From: Candidatus Woesearchaeota archaeon
Lineage (GTDB): Archaea > Nanobdellota > Nanobdellia > SCGC-AAA011-G17 > JACPIM01
Assembly (NCBI GenBank): GCA_964513145.1
Contig: CAZELK010000007.1
Span: 11,960-50,803 of the forward strand
Length of the DNA stretch: 38,844 nt
Direction of reading: 5' to 3'
Position 1 is the stretch's first letter, and each line of letters begins with the position of its first letter. The position numbers were made by a program, and so were the translations under genes. The notes beneath the pieces are model-generated. The model saw only the letters and a program-made list of their open reading frames with translations. It searched no databases and had not been told where the DNA came from. Positions 16,661-25,669 of this stretch are shown here, one piece after another.

Positions 16661-17350
16661 TTAGTTGATATATGCTACTAGTTGTTTTCTAAAAGATTGG
16701 CTTCTTTCTTCATCTGTATAATAAAAATCAATAGGATCAAATAACATAGAATTGTCATTTTTTCTAAAGCCAACTGTTAATGAACGAGTATTTCTAATTA
16801 ATAATGTTTTTCCTTCTTTTCTATCGGCTAATTTCTCAAGTTTCTTTCTTGCATTTTTAAGAATATTTTTTGGAGTACCAAAAAGATAGTGAGTAAATAT
16901 ATCTATAGGGAAATCAGCGAGTTCTTGCCATAATTCACTATATACTTTTATAACTCTATCAAATTGTGTTTTAAAAAATTTATATGGATCAACACCCTTT
17001 CCTTCAAATTCTTCTCTTCTTAACATAGTATCTATTGACGCAGCTGCTAACTCCAACATACCCTTATTAGAAATTTCTCCTTCTGTAATTTTAATTTTTT
17101 CTTCTAATTTATGAAAGAACCTTGCAAAGACTAATTGTGATAAAGAATACCTTTCTAGATTAGACGCATAAATTAAACCCCCTCCACAAGGCAAGGAAAT
17201 TGAAATTAGAGAGGTTTCACTATCGATTATTTTTAACTCTAACCCTTTAGATATATTTTCTTTAAATTCCCATTGAATATCAGCAGTTTCTCTTAAAGCA
17301 GCCTCTAAAATTCTTATTCCATCCGCTTTTTCTTCTGGTGATATTTTCAT
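16661..17350 (-). CDS. Hypothetical protein
   Basis: 229-aa ORF, ATGA overlap with the upstream gene; no recognised motif. Confidence 0.65.
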   Translation of the reverse strand: MKISPEEKADGIRILEAALRETADIQWEFKENISKGLELKIIDSETSLISISLPCGGGLIYASNLERYSLSQLVFARFFHKLEEKIKITEGEISNKGMLELAAASIDTMLRREEFEGKGVDPYKFFKTQFDRVIKVYSELWQELADFPIDIFTHYLFGTPKNILKNARKKLEKLADRKEGKTLLIRNTRSLTVGFRKNDNSMLFDPIDFYYTDEERSQSFRKQLVAYIN

Positions 17351-17664
17351 AGTAATCTCTCCAGTTTTTGGGCGAATTCAACAAAACGAAGAACTTCAGT
17401 TTCTCTTAAATCCTTAGTAAATTTTATAACTATTTTCTTTAACGAATTTAAAGAATCTATATCATCTCTAAAACTTTCTTGTAAATGTTTTTTTAAATTA
17501 TTTTTTAATTCAATTAACGTTAAGTCAATGTCTGTACAAGATCCAGTAACTTCTTGGCTCAATCTTGAGTTAAGATTTTCTAGACTCTTCTTTGGATTAA
17601 TCCCTCTTTTGAAATCTTTTAACGAATTTTCTAGTTCTTTATACACTTCTAAAATCTTTATCAT
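17347..17664 (-). CDS. Hypothetical helical protein
   Basis: 105-aa ORF with a TATA-like sequence upstream. Confidence 0.6.
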   Translation of the reverse strand: MIKILEVYKELENSLKDFKRGINPKKSLENLNSRLSQEVTGSCTDIDLTLIELKNNLKKHLQESFRDDIDSLNSLKKIVIKFTKDLRETEVLRFVEFAQKLERLL

Positions 17665-17730
17665 AAATGCTTTAAAAGAAATTTTTGTTTATAAATCTCT
17701 ACTATTCTGTAGTTGGAAAATCTTATATTT

Positions 17731-17779
17731 TTCGTAAACTTGCTGGACAAAAGCACTAGACAGGACAAAGACCAGCCTG
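17731..17779 (+). repeat. Shared element, copy 3, abutting a 5'-truncated LAGLIDADG frame
   Basis: TTCGTAAACTTGCTGGACAAAAGCACTAGACAGGACAAAGACCAGCCTG aligns with 4425-4474. Confidence 0.82.
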
Positions 17780-17780
17780 A

Positions 17781-18356
17781 CGTTTAAATTCTAAACAGCC
17801 AACCATAAATTTTATATTTAATGAATCTGAAAAAGTTAGATGGCTTGCTATAAAAACTTATTTTGACTTTGATGGATGTATATACCCTTCATTTAAATTA
17901 AAAAGAAAAATTGACCGAAAGAAAGATAAGTTTTATTTATATTACCAGGTACAATTTGGGTGTGAAATTAAAATCGCTGAAACTAATCCAAATTTAAATG
18001 ATGAATTAATTATATTATTTAAGACTCTTGGTCTAAATGCAAAGAAGAAGTTCCGAAAAAGAAATTGGAGTGGATTAGAGGGTGTTGGATTTTCTGATCG
18101 AAAAAGCGTATTAAAATTTATAGAATTTGGAAAGCCCATAACTGATATAAAAATTTCTTCTAAAAGTAAACGTTTTGAAAGTTTAAAGAAAATTTATTTA
18201 TTTAGTGCTGTTGAAAAAATTTTGCTTTATAACTTACTTCCAACTTCGTGCACATTTAAAAATTATAAAGACGCCTTAGATTGCAAAACTTATTTAAATA
18301 GAGAATTAGAAAAATTAGTGAGAGATAGCCCTGATAACAGCCCCGTGGAAGTTTAA
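17781..18356 (+). pseudogene. 5'-truncated LAGLIDADG endonuclease (C-terminal domain, no start codon)
   Basis: Open frame from after TGA 17778-17780 to TAA 18354-18356: ...TINFIFNESEKVRWLAIKTYFDFDGCIY...; absent from the ORF track because it has no start codon. Confidence 0.72.
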
Positions 18357-18444
18357 TCTGCGGAATGTAGCGGCCAAGCACATAGCCCTTTGGTCTTTTA
18401 TAGGGAGCAAGGCTTTGACCCAAGTTCGAATCTTGGCGGGGCTA
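18339..18444 (+). tRNA. tRNA-Gln(UUG) with two introns (10/11, 37/38)
   Basis: Acceptor AGCCCCG/CGGGGCT; introns 18349-18365 (CCGT/GCGG) and 18394-18409 (CTTT/GGAG). Confidence 0.9.
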
Positions 18445-18493
18445 CTTTTTTTAATAAAGTTCTTAAACCTATATTAAATTCAATAATTAGTAT

Positions 18494-18596
18494 AGTCCTG
18501 TCGTTCAGCGGTCAAAGATATAAAATCGACTTTGGACACTCGGCTCTGGAAATTGGAGACCCCGAGAGATCGGAGGTTCGAATCCTCCCAGGACTA
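18494..18596 (+). tRNA. tRNA-Gln(CUG) with two introns (21/22, 37/38)
   Basis: Acceptor AGTCCTG/CAGGACT; introns 18516-18533 (GGTC/GACT) and 18550-18560 (CTCT/GGAG, 11 nt). Confidence 0.9.
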
Positions 18597-18986
18597 TTAT
18601 TCTAATTTTATTAATTTGAGATTTTTTATTCTTTCAAAGTGTTTAATATTAAATGTTAATAAACTACAATCATTAACAATACAGCTAGATGCGATAAATA
18701 AATCTCGAAAATCTATAAATGAGCCGTTTTTCTTTAATTCCTTATGAATTAAACTAGCCTTTCGACTTGATAATTCATCAAAATATAAAACATTTACTTT
18801 GCTCCTAAAGATCTCTATTTGGTCTAGATTTGTTTCTCTTAATAATAACTCAAACAATGTTATTGTAGAAATAAATATTTCTGAATTTTCTATTTTATCT
18901 ATAGCAAACTGAGCTCTTCTCTCATTATTTAAAATGCTTATAATTACGTCGCTGTCTAAACATATTTTTTGCCCCAATTTCTCCAC
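18597..18986 (-). CDS. vapC: VapC PIN-domain toxin
   Basis: CLDSDVII, ITLFELL, DFRDLFIA, LLTFNIKHF. Confidence 0.92.
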   Translation of the reverse strand: MEKLGQKICLDSDVIISILNNERRAQFAIDKIENSEIFISTITLFELLLRETNLDQIEIFRSKVNVLYFDELSSRKASLIHKELKKNGSFIDFRDLFIASSCIVNDCSLLTFNIKHFERIKNLKLIKLE

Positions 18987-19201
18987 CCTTTTTTCAAATC
19001 TTTTTCAATCTTCTCCCATTCGTCATCTCTTTTAATTAAACCTAAACAATCTCTTAAATTTTCACCTTTTTTATTATCTTTTTTAATTAAAGATTTCAAT
19101 ACTTCACTAAAGCTGTTTTTACCTTTAATTTCCTTTAACTCTTTATAAATTTCATTTGAAATCATTATTGTTTTTGCCATAGTATTCATATGAATATACA
19201 T
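18956..19201 (-). CDS. vapB: VapB-type antitoxin (true start probably a downstream Met)
   Basis: MAKTIMISNEIYKELKEIKGKNSFSEVL; overlaps vapC. Confidence 0.82.
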   Translation of the reverse strand: MYIHMNTMAKTIMISNEIYKELKEIKGKNSFSEVLKSLIKKDNKKGENLRDCLGLIKRDDEWEKIEKDLKKGWRNWGKKYV

Positions 19202-19266
19202 ATATATAAATATTTCTAATTAGAAATAAAAAGCTTTATTAATCAAATTTATCTTAGAAAAATTTT

Positions 19267-19722
19267 ATGGCAAGGATGTATTCAAGGAAACGGGGAAGGG
19301 CTGGTTCTAAAAGACCAAGCAAAGTAGCCATACAACCCTGGGTAAGATACAAAAGTGAAGAAGTTGACAAGTTAATTATTAAATTATTTAAAAGTGGAAA
19401 TACAATCAGCAAAATTGGCATGATATTAAGGGATACTTATGGCATTCCCAGTGTAAGATATATTACAAAGAACAGGATTGGAAAAATATTAAAAAATAAT
19501 AATTCTGCACCAAAATTACCAGAAGATTTAACTTCCTTAATTAAAAAAGATATCAGACTGGTTAAGCATCTTGACAGCCATAAAAGTGATATGACTGTGC
19601 GGAGGGGCTTACAAATAACTGAAAGCAAAATCAATAAACTTGCTAAATACTATAGAAGAGAGGATGTTCTTCCAAAAGACTGGAAATTTGACAGAAAGAC
19701 AGCCAAGTTATTGATAGAGTAA
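19267..19722 (+). CDS. rps15: 30S ribosomal protein S15 (uS15)
   Basis: MARMYSRKRGRAGS, LPEDL, ESKINKLAKYY. Confidence 0.97.
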   Translation: MARMYSRKRGRAGSKRPSKVAIQPWVRYKSEEVDKLIIKLFKSGNTISKIGMILRDTYGIPSVRYITKNRIGKILKNNNSAPKLPEDLTSLIKKDIRLVKHLDSHKSDMTVRRGLQITESKINKLAKYYRREDVLPKDWKFDRKTAKLLIE

Positions 19723-19770
19723 ATATACTTCTATATTCCCTATATTTTTTTATATTGATTTATTTTTAAA

Positions 19771-21171
19771 TTGAAGATGAATGAGTTTCTTGATTACATA
19801 AAAGAGTGCGCTGATATTTTTAAAGAAAACCTATCTAATGAGCCTGTAAGAATTTTGGGACATTTGGATTGTGATGGCATATGTGCTGGGTCGATTTTGA
19901 TAAAGGCTTTTTATAGAGACAATATAAAAATAGTTTATTCAAGCCATAAGCAAGTTGATGAAAAAGTGATAACTGAAATTAAAAGAGAACCTTATAAAAT
20001 AGTTTTTTTTGTTGATTTTGGATCGAATGTTTTAGAATTTATTGACAAACACCTTAGTGAAAAAATAGTTTTTATATTAGATCATCATAAATTTGAAGAT
20101 AAAGAAACAAAACACTTTAATGTTAACCAAAATAAATTCAAAATTGATGATAATGTAATCTGCGGATCAGGGATTTCTTATTTATTTTCCAAATATTTAA
20201 ATCCGAAAAACAAAGATTCAGCTTATCTGGCTCTTATTGGTTTAATTGGTGATAATCAAGAAAAGGATTTATCTATTTTAAATAAAGCAATTATAAATGA
20301 TGCTCTTGAATCTGGAGAAATTGAAGTTAAAGTCGGGCTAAGCATATTTGGGTCGCAAACAAAACCAATCTATAAATTACTAGAGTATAGCACTGAGATT
20401 TTTGTACCCGGAGTTACTGGAAATGAAGCTGGAGCAAAAGCTTTTTTAGAAAAATTAGGAATTAATATTTTTGACAGTAAAAATGAACCTAGAAAACTTT
20501 TTGATTTAAGCAATGAGGAGATGAATAAATTGATTACAGCAATTATATTGACAAGAATTGGAAATGAAGCTGACCCTGAAAATATTTTTGGCAATATTTA
20601 TACACTTAAAAATGAAGACAACGGATTTCCAACAAAGGATGTTAAAGAGTTTTCTACTTTATTAAATGCCTGCGGAAGACTTAATAAAACTTCTTTGGGT
20701 GTAGGAACCTGTCTTAATGACAGAAAAATAAAACAAATGGCTTTTGATTTATTAAAAGATTACAAGAGCGAGATAATAAATAGCCTGAACTGGGTTTATG
20801 ATAACAGGGGAAAAGAAGCTATTATTGAAAAAGAAAAATTAATAATAATAAACGCACAAAAAAACATAAGGGATACTCTTATCGGGACTATAAACTCTAT
20901 TTTAACAAGGTCAGGATTATATAAAAATGGCACTTTAGTTATCTCAATGGCTTATACACCAGACAACAACATCAAAATAAGTTTAAGAAATGTTGACAAT
21001 GGTTTTATAGATTTAAGTGTGTTTATTAAAGATTTATGCATTAAGTTTGGCGGAATTGGCGGTGGACACCCCAATGCTGCTGGCGGCAATATACCAATCA
21101 ATAAAGAAAAAGAATTTCTTGATGAAGTTAATTTAAGCATAAACAGGCTGGAATTAAACCATAATATTTAA
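19771..21171 (+). CDS. RecJ-like DHH phosphoesterase
   Basis: HLDCDG, FVDFG, LDHH, GGGHPNAAG; conserved rps15-DHH-rps3ae order. Confidence 0.9.
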   Translation: MKMNEFLDYIKECADIFKENLSNEPVRILGHLDCDGICAGSILIKAFYRDNIKIVYSSHKQVDEKVITEIKREPYKIVFFVDFGSNVLEFIDKHLSEKIVFILDHHKFEDKETKHFNVNQNKFKIDDNVICGSGISYLFSKYLNPKNKDSAYLALIGLIGDNQEKDLSILNKAIINDALESGEIEVKVGLSIFGSQTKPIYKLLEYSTEIFVPGVTGNEAGAKAFLEKLGINIFDSKNEPRKLFDLSNEEMNKLITAIILTRIGNEADPENIFGNIYTLKNEDNGFPTKDVKEFSTLLNACGRLNKTSLGVGTCLNDRKIKQMAFDLLKDYKSEIINSLNWVYDNRGKEAIIEKEKLIIINAQKNIRDTLIGTINSILTRSGLYKNGTLVISMAYTPDNNIKISLRNVDNGFIDLSVFIKDLCIKFGGIGGGHPNAAGGNIPINKEKEFLDEVNLSINRLELNHNI

Positions 21172-21204
21172 ATAGGGACTGGATTTTTAAAAAATTTACT
21201 TAAT

Positions 21205-21762
21205 ATGGCAAAATCAAAAGAAATAAAGAAACACTGGATACCAGTTATAGCTACAAAGGAATTTGGAAATATGGAAATAGCTGAGATACCCTATTCTGAA
21301 CCTAAGACATTAATTGGGCGGGTTCTAAAAATTAATCTTTATTTATTAACCAATGACTCGAGGAAACAAAATGCAGAGGTTTCTTTTAAAATTATTAATT
21401 TTGATAGCAAAACTGCAACTACAGAACTGGTTGGCTATAAAATATTAAATGCTTACATAAAAAGAGTAATAAGAAAAGGCAAAGAAAAAGCAGATGATTC
21501 TTTTGTATGTGAAAGCAATGATAAAATAAAAATTAAAATAAAACCTTTTTTTATAACTAAAAATAAAACTAAAGATTCTATCTTGACTAGATTAAGAATG
21601 GAAACCAGGAAAATAGTAACTGAATATAGCAAAACAATTGATTTTGAAAAGTTAGTCAGGGAAACTACAAGCAATTCTTTACAAAGAAATTTAAAACAAG
21701 AACTAAAAAAAATTTATCCATTAATTTTGTTTGAATTAAGGGAAGTTGTAAGAACGAAATAA
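21205..21762 (+). CDS. rps3ae: 30S ribosomal protein S3Ae (eS1)
   Basis: KKHWIPVIA, LIGRV, KKIYPL. Confidence 0.92.
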   Translation: MAKSKEIKKHWIPVIATKEFGNMEIAEIPYSEPKTLIGRVLKINLYLLTNDSRKQNAEVSFKIINFDSKTATTELVGYKILNAYIKRVIRKGKEKADDSFVCESNDKIKIKIKPFFITKNKTKDSILTRLRMETRKIVTEYSKTIDFEKLVRETTSNSLQRNLKQELKKIYPLILFELREVVRTK

Positions 21763-21792
21763 AAACCTTTTAATAAAATATTTACCAAAAAT

Positions 21793-22359
21793 TTAAGGTC
21801 GCATCCAACGACATTCATAATAAGTAACATCGCCTTCTGCATCAACTATTGCAAGCATCAATCTCTTTCTTGTAGAATGTGCAACTCTATTTTTTGCTGA
21901 GAATTCATACCAAGTTAGTATTTCTCCTTCATTTGCCGGGTAAACTATCCATTTTGCATGGTCATCTCCTGGCTTAATACCACGATCATAAACCCTGAAA
22001 TCAGCACCAAATTTTAATGCTGTTTTTACTATATACCCCCTTGATCTTAAATCCCTAAAAACACAATACCTTATCCAAAACTTTGGCTCTATCTGTCTTG
22101 CTTTTCTTAAAAACTGATCATATGTAACAGGTTTCTTTTTTCCGTCAAAAACATCCAATTTTTTCTTTTCTAACAAGTATAGTGCTTCAACTAAAGAATA
22201 TGAAACTTTGCTTTCTTTTAATTCCCCTACTCTACTTTGCTCATATAATTCTTTACTTAATGGGTCTTCAGAATAAACGCTTTCGCGGGCGAAAATTGCC
22301 TTAATTTTTTCTTCTGGTTTTATTTCCTTTACTTCTTTTGTATCTGTTTTAGTTGCCAT
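21793..22359 (-). CDS. endA: tRNA-intron endonuclease, catalytic alpha-type subunit
   Basis: SLVEALYL, KFGADFRVY (Tyr), DDHAKW (His), RVAHSTRK (Lys), GDVTYY. Confidence 0.95.
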   Translation of the reverse strand: MATKTDTKEVKEIKPEEKIKAIFARESVYSEDPLSKELYEQSRVGELKESKVSYSLVEALYLLEKKKLDVFDGKKKPVTYDQFLRKARQIEPKFWIRYCVFRDLRSRGYIVKTALKFGADFRVYDRGIKPGDDHAKWIVYPANEGEILTWYEFSAKNRVAHSTRKRLMLAIVDAEGDVTYYECRWMRP

Positions 22360-22412
22360 TGTATTATCTTGAAAACGAAAAGTTATTTAAAAAGCTTTTC
22401 TATTGTATATTT

Positions 22413-23303
22413 ATGAAAATAACTTTTTTAGGTACTGGTTCTATGATGCCTACTGCAACTAGAAATCATAGCTCTATTCTGTTTAATTATAAGGAAGAAA
22501 ATATATTGATTGACTGCGGGGAAGGGACACAAAAGCAATTCAGAATTGCAGGATTAAATCCCTTAAAAATAACCAAGATTTTGATTACTCACTGGCATGG
22601 AGACCATATACTTGGCTTACCAGGATTATTGCAAAATTTATATAAAAATGGCTACAATAAGGTTTTAGAAATTTATGGCCCTAAAGGAAGCAAGAAATTT
22701 TTTGAAAATATGTTTAAATGGTTTTATGTTGATTTAAGATTAAATTTTAAAGTCAAGGAAATTAACGAGGGAATATTTTTTGAAAACCAAGATTTTGTTT
22801 TAAAATGCACTAAACTAAATCATGGGATACCTTGCCTGGGGTATTCTTTTATTGAAAAAGAAAGAAGAAAAATTGACATTAATTATCTAAAAAAATTTAA
22901 TTTAAAAAATCATCCGATAATAAAAGAATTACAAAAAGGAAAAGACATTACCTGGGAAGGCAAAAAAATCAAAAATAAACTGGCTACAAAAATTGTCAAA
23001 GGCAAAAAGGTTAGTTTTATTTTAGATACTGGATTTACCAAGAACATTATTAATTTGGTAAAGGACTCGGATGTTTTAGTGTGTGAATCAACACATTCTG
23101 ATGAACTAGTTGAGAAAGCCAAAGAATACGGACACTTAACAACAAAACAAGCAGCGAAAATAGCAAAGGATTCCAAAGTAAAAGAATTGATATTAACTCA
23201 TTTTAGCCAAAGGTATAAAGAAACTGATGACTTATTAAAACAAGCTAAAAGCGTTTTTAAAAATACTAAAGCAGCCAATGATTTTGACTGGTTTGAAATT
23301 TAA
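22413..23303 (+). CDS. rnz: Ribonuclease Z
   Basis: MKITFLGTG start at 22413, THWHGDH, exosite, LTHFSQRY. Confidence 0.96.
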   Translation: MKITFLGTGSMMPTATRNHSSILFNYKEENILIDCGEGTQKQFRIAGLNPLKITKILITHWHGDHILGLPGLLQNLYKNGYNKVLEIYGPKGSKKFFENMFKWFYVDLRLNFKVKEINEGIFFENQDFVLKCTKLNHGIPCLGYSFIEKERRKIDINYLKKFNLKNHPIIKELQKGKDITWEGKKIKNKLATKIVKGKKVSFILDTGFTKNIINLVKDSDVLVCESTHSDELVEKAKEYGHLTTKQAAKIAKDSKVKELILTHFSQRYKETDDLLKQAKSVFKNTKAANDFDWFEI

Positions 23304-23309
23304 ATATAA

Positions 23310-23576
23310 ATGAATACTAAATTAAAAAATGAATTAAGAAGAATTTTTAACAAACATGATCTTATTGAAATTTATGAAAATGAAAAAATTAATTTTGATG
23401 AATATGATCCAGAGATTAAATTAATTTTAAAAAAATTCAAAAATAATATGCCTTTAGCAATTTTTACTGATGAGCTACATAAAATATTTATAAAAATGTT
23501 TGATGAGCGGATTGCCGGGCCAAAATCCAGATACAAAAATCTTGCAAAAGAAGTATATAATTTATTGATTCAGTAA
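23310..23576 (+). CDS. Hypothetical protein, possibly DUF1871-like
   Basis: FDEYDPEI motif, helical, 88 aa. Confidence 0.6.
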   Translation: MNTKLKNELRRIFNKHDLIEIYENEKINFDEYDPEIKLILKKFKNNMPLAIFTDELHKIFIKMFDERIAGPKSRYKNLAKEVYNLLIQ

Positions 23577-23590
23577 CTTAAACTTAATTA

Positions 23591-23827
23591 TTATAAGTTC
23601 CATGAATATAGCATTTCTCTTGCCAAACCAACCCTGTATTTTGTTAACTCATGAATTTCATCTCTTTTTTCTTCTGAGACTCCTAATTTTTTCAATGCAT
23701 TGAGAAAATTATAATAGGAATACCCCAAGGATTTATCATCTCCATCAGGTGGAAATTGTTCTGCTCTTTTTAAAGCCACTAAAAAATCTATTATATCATC
23801 AAGACGATAATCTTTAGTTATTTTCAT
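23591..23827 (-). CDS. Hypothetical 78-aa protein, copy 2
   Basis: Identical to 23890-24126; own RBS GGTGATGGGAG. Confidence 0.7.
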   Translation of the reverse strand: MKITKDYRLDDIIDFLVALKRAEQFPPDGDDKSLGYSYYNFLNALKKLGVSEEKRDEIHELTKYRVGLAREMLYSWNL

Positions 23828-23889
23828 GTTTCTCCCATCACCAATTTTTTGAAGAAAATATTTATTTTTTGACTTTTTAAACTTAATTA

Positions 23890-24126
23890 TTATAAGTTCC
23901 ATGAATATAGCATTTCTCTTGCCAAACCAACCCTGTATTTTGTTAACTCATGAATTTCATCTCTTTTTTCTTCTGAGACTCCTAATTTTTTCAATGCATT
24001 GAGAAAATTATAATAGGAATACCCCAAGGATTTATCATCTCCATCAGGTGGAAATTGTTCTGCTCTTTTTAAAGCCACTAAAAAATCTATTATATCATCA
24101 AGACGATAATCTTTAGTTATTTTCAT
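23890..24126 (-). CDS. Hypothetical 78-aa protein, copy 1, downstream of tfb
   Basis: RBS GGTGATAGGAG before the ATG. Confidence 0.72.
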   Translation of the reverse strand: MKITKDYRLDDIIDFLVALKRAEQFPPDGDDKSLGYSYYNFLNALKKLGVSEEKRDEIHELTKYRVGLAREMLYSWNL

Positions 24127-24160
24127 GTTTCTCCTATCACCAATTTTTTGAAGAAAATAT

Positions 24161-25669
24161 TTATTTTTTGACTTTTTTTACTTTATCTTTGAGCTTTAAT
24201 TTCGTAAGCAATTCTTTATACCTGTTTCTTATTGTTACTTCTGTTACTCCAGCAATATCAGCAACTTCTCTCTGAGTTCTTTTTTCATTGTTTATCAAAG
24301 CTGCGACATATAATGAAGCAGCTGCAATACCTGTCGGACCTCTTCCTGAAGTCAATTCAGAATTATCAGCCATTTCCAGAATTTCGACTGCCTTTGACTG
24401 GGTTTCTGCTGATAATTTTAATGCTGAGGAAAATCTAGGTATATATTCAACTGGATTACTTGGCAAAATTCTAATTCCCAATTCTCTTGTTACAAACCTA
24501 TAAGTTCTGCCAATTTCTTTTTTATCTATGCCTGAAGCTTCCCCTAATTCATCCAAAGTTCTTGGGACTTCATGTCTTCTGCAAGCAGCATATAATGCTC
24601 CAGCAACTACTGACTCCATTGACCTACCACGAACTAGACCTCTTTGAACTGCTAAAGTATAAATTCTTGCAGATTCTTCTTCAACTGCTTTTGGTAATTT
24701 TAAGTATGAAGCGACTCTTTTTAATTCAGCTAAAGCTAGTTTTAAATTTCTTTCAATAGCTGTTGAGATTCTATACTGCCATTTTCTTAATCTAAAATAT
24801 TTATTTCTGCCTTTTCCAGATAATTTGAAAATATCTCCTTTTTGACCTACATCTGTTCCTAATCCACGATCAAACTTTGTATTATGAAGATAAATGAAAC
24901 CATGGCCACCAACGAAATTTTCATACCCTGGAACTGTCAGATCGTATGCATAACCTGTTACAGCTAATTTGGTTATATTCGTTATTTTTAAAAAAACAAA
25001 CTCTTGGTTTTTAATTTCAATTTTTTTAATTAATGTTAATGTATTTGAATTTTCTATTTCTTGTTCAATTGATGTAAATGAGTTTTTATTAAATAAATTA
25101 TCCTTGGGACAAACAATTAAATCATTTAAGTTTAAATCTTCGACTCTTTTTGGGATAAATTCATTATTTTTTATTGTAAATATGCTATGGTTTCCTGTAA
25201 CTTTAACATTTCTTCCCTCTTCTAATTTTAATTCATAAAGTTCTTTTATTGGATGCCTAGAAACTTCACTTATTCTTCTAAAATTAATTGCTTTATTTTT
25301 ATCAAAAGATATACACTCTAAATTTTCATCGTTAATATTGGTTACTTCTAAATTTGCTTCTTTAATTAATTTTGAACCTTTTTTATTTATTAAACAATCT
25401 ACAAATTCTCCAATTGTAATTGTTTTAATTTCATCATTTTCTTTTATTATAATAGGTTGATCTGAACCTAAAGAATAAGTCATAGGAGCACCTGTTCTTC
25501 TTCTAGAATCAGCCTGGTCATGATCAAATTCACGCCATTCCTGGGAAAAATCAATCATTCTTTCTTCTAAAACAAGACCACAGTCTTTACAAATAACTTC
25601 GCCTTTTTCCTTATTAAGAATTAAATTTATGCCTCCGCAATCTAGGCATTTTTTTACAAATTCTGGCAT
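24161..25669 (-). CDS. tfb: Transcription initiation factor IIB with an intein
   Basis: Zinc ribbon CLDC/CKDC, EWREF, cyclin repeats GRSMESV and GRGPTGIAAA. Confidence 0.96.
   Translation of the reverse strand: MPEFVKKCLDCGGINLILNKEKGEVICKDCGLVLEERMIDFSQEWREFDHDQADSRRRTGAPMTYSLGSDQPIIIKENDEIKTITIGEFVDCLINKKGSKLIKEANLEVTNINDENLECISFDKNKAINFRRISEVSRHPIKELYELKLEEGRNVKVTGNHSIFTIKNNEFIPKRVEDLNLNDLIVCPKDNLFNKNSFTSIEQEIENSNTLTLIKKIEIKNQEFVFLKITNITKLAVTGYAYDLTVPGYENFVGGHGFIYLHNTKFDRGLGTDVGQKGDIFKLSGKGRNKYFRLRKWQYRISTAIERNLKLALAELKRVASYLKLPKAVEEESARIYTLAVQRGLVRGRSMESVVAGALYAACRRHEVPRTLDELGEASGIDKKEIGRTYRFVTRELGIRILPSNPVEYIPRFSSALKLSAETQSKAVEILEMADNSELTSGRGPTGIAAASLYVAALINNEKRTQREVADIAGVTEVTIRNRYKELLTKLKLKDKVKKVKK
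24881..25474 (-). mobile_element. 198-aa Ser-initiated mini-intein in TFB
   Basis: MTY|SLGSDQPIII...VTGNHSIF...YDLTVPGYENF...LHN|T; no LAGLIDADG motifs. Confidence 0.93.

Larger units (their letters stand above)
23578..24177. repeat. 299-bp tandem duplication
   Basis: 23578-23878 repeats at offset 299; one difference seen (CTCCCATC vs CTCCTATC) in the RBS. Confidence 0.95.

Noticed and set aside
23828-23902. 103-aa version of the duplicated ORF
   Set aside because: The extension is a by-product of the duplication junction. The RBS points to the ATG at 23827.
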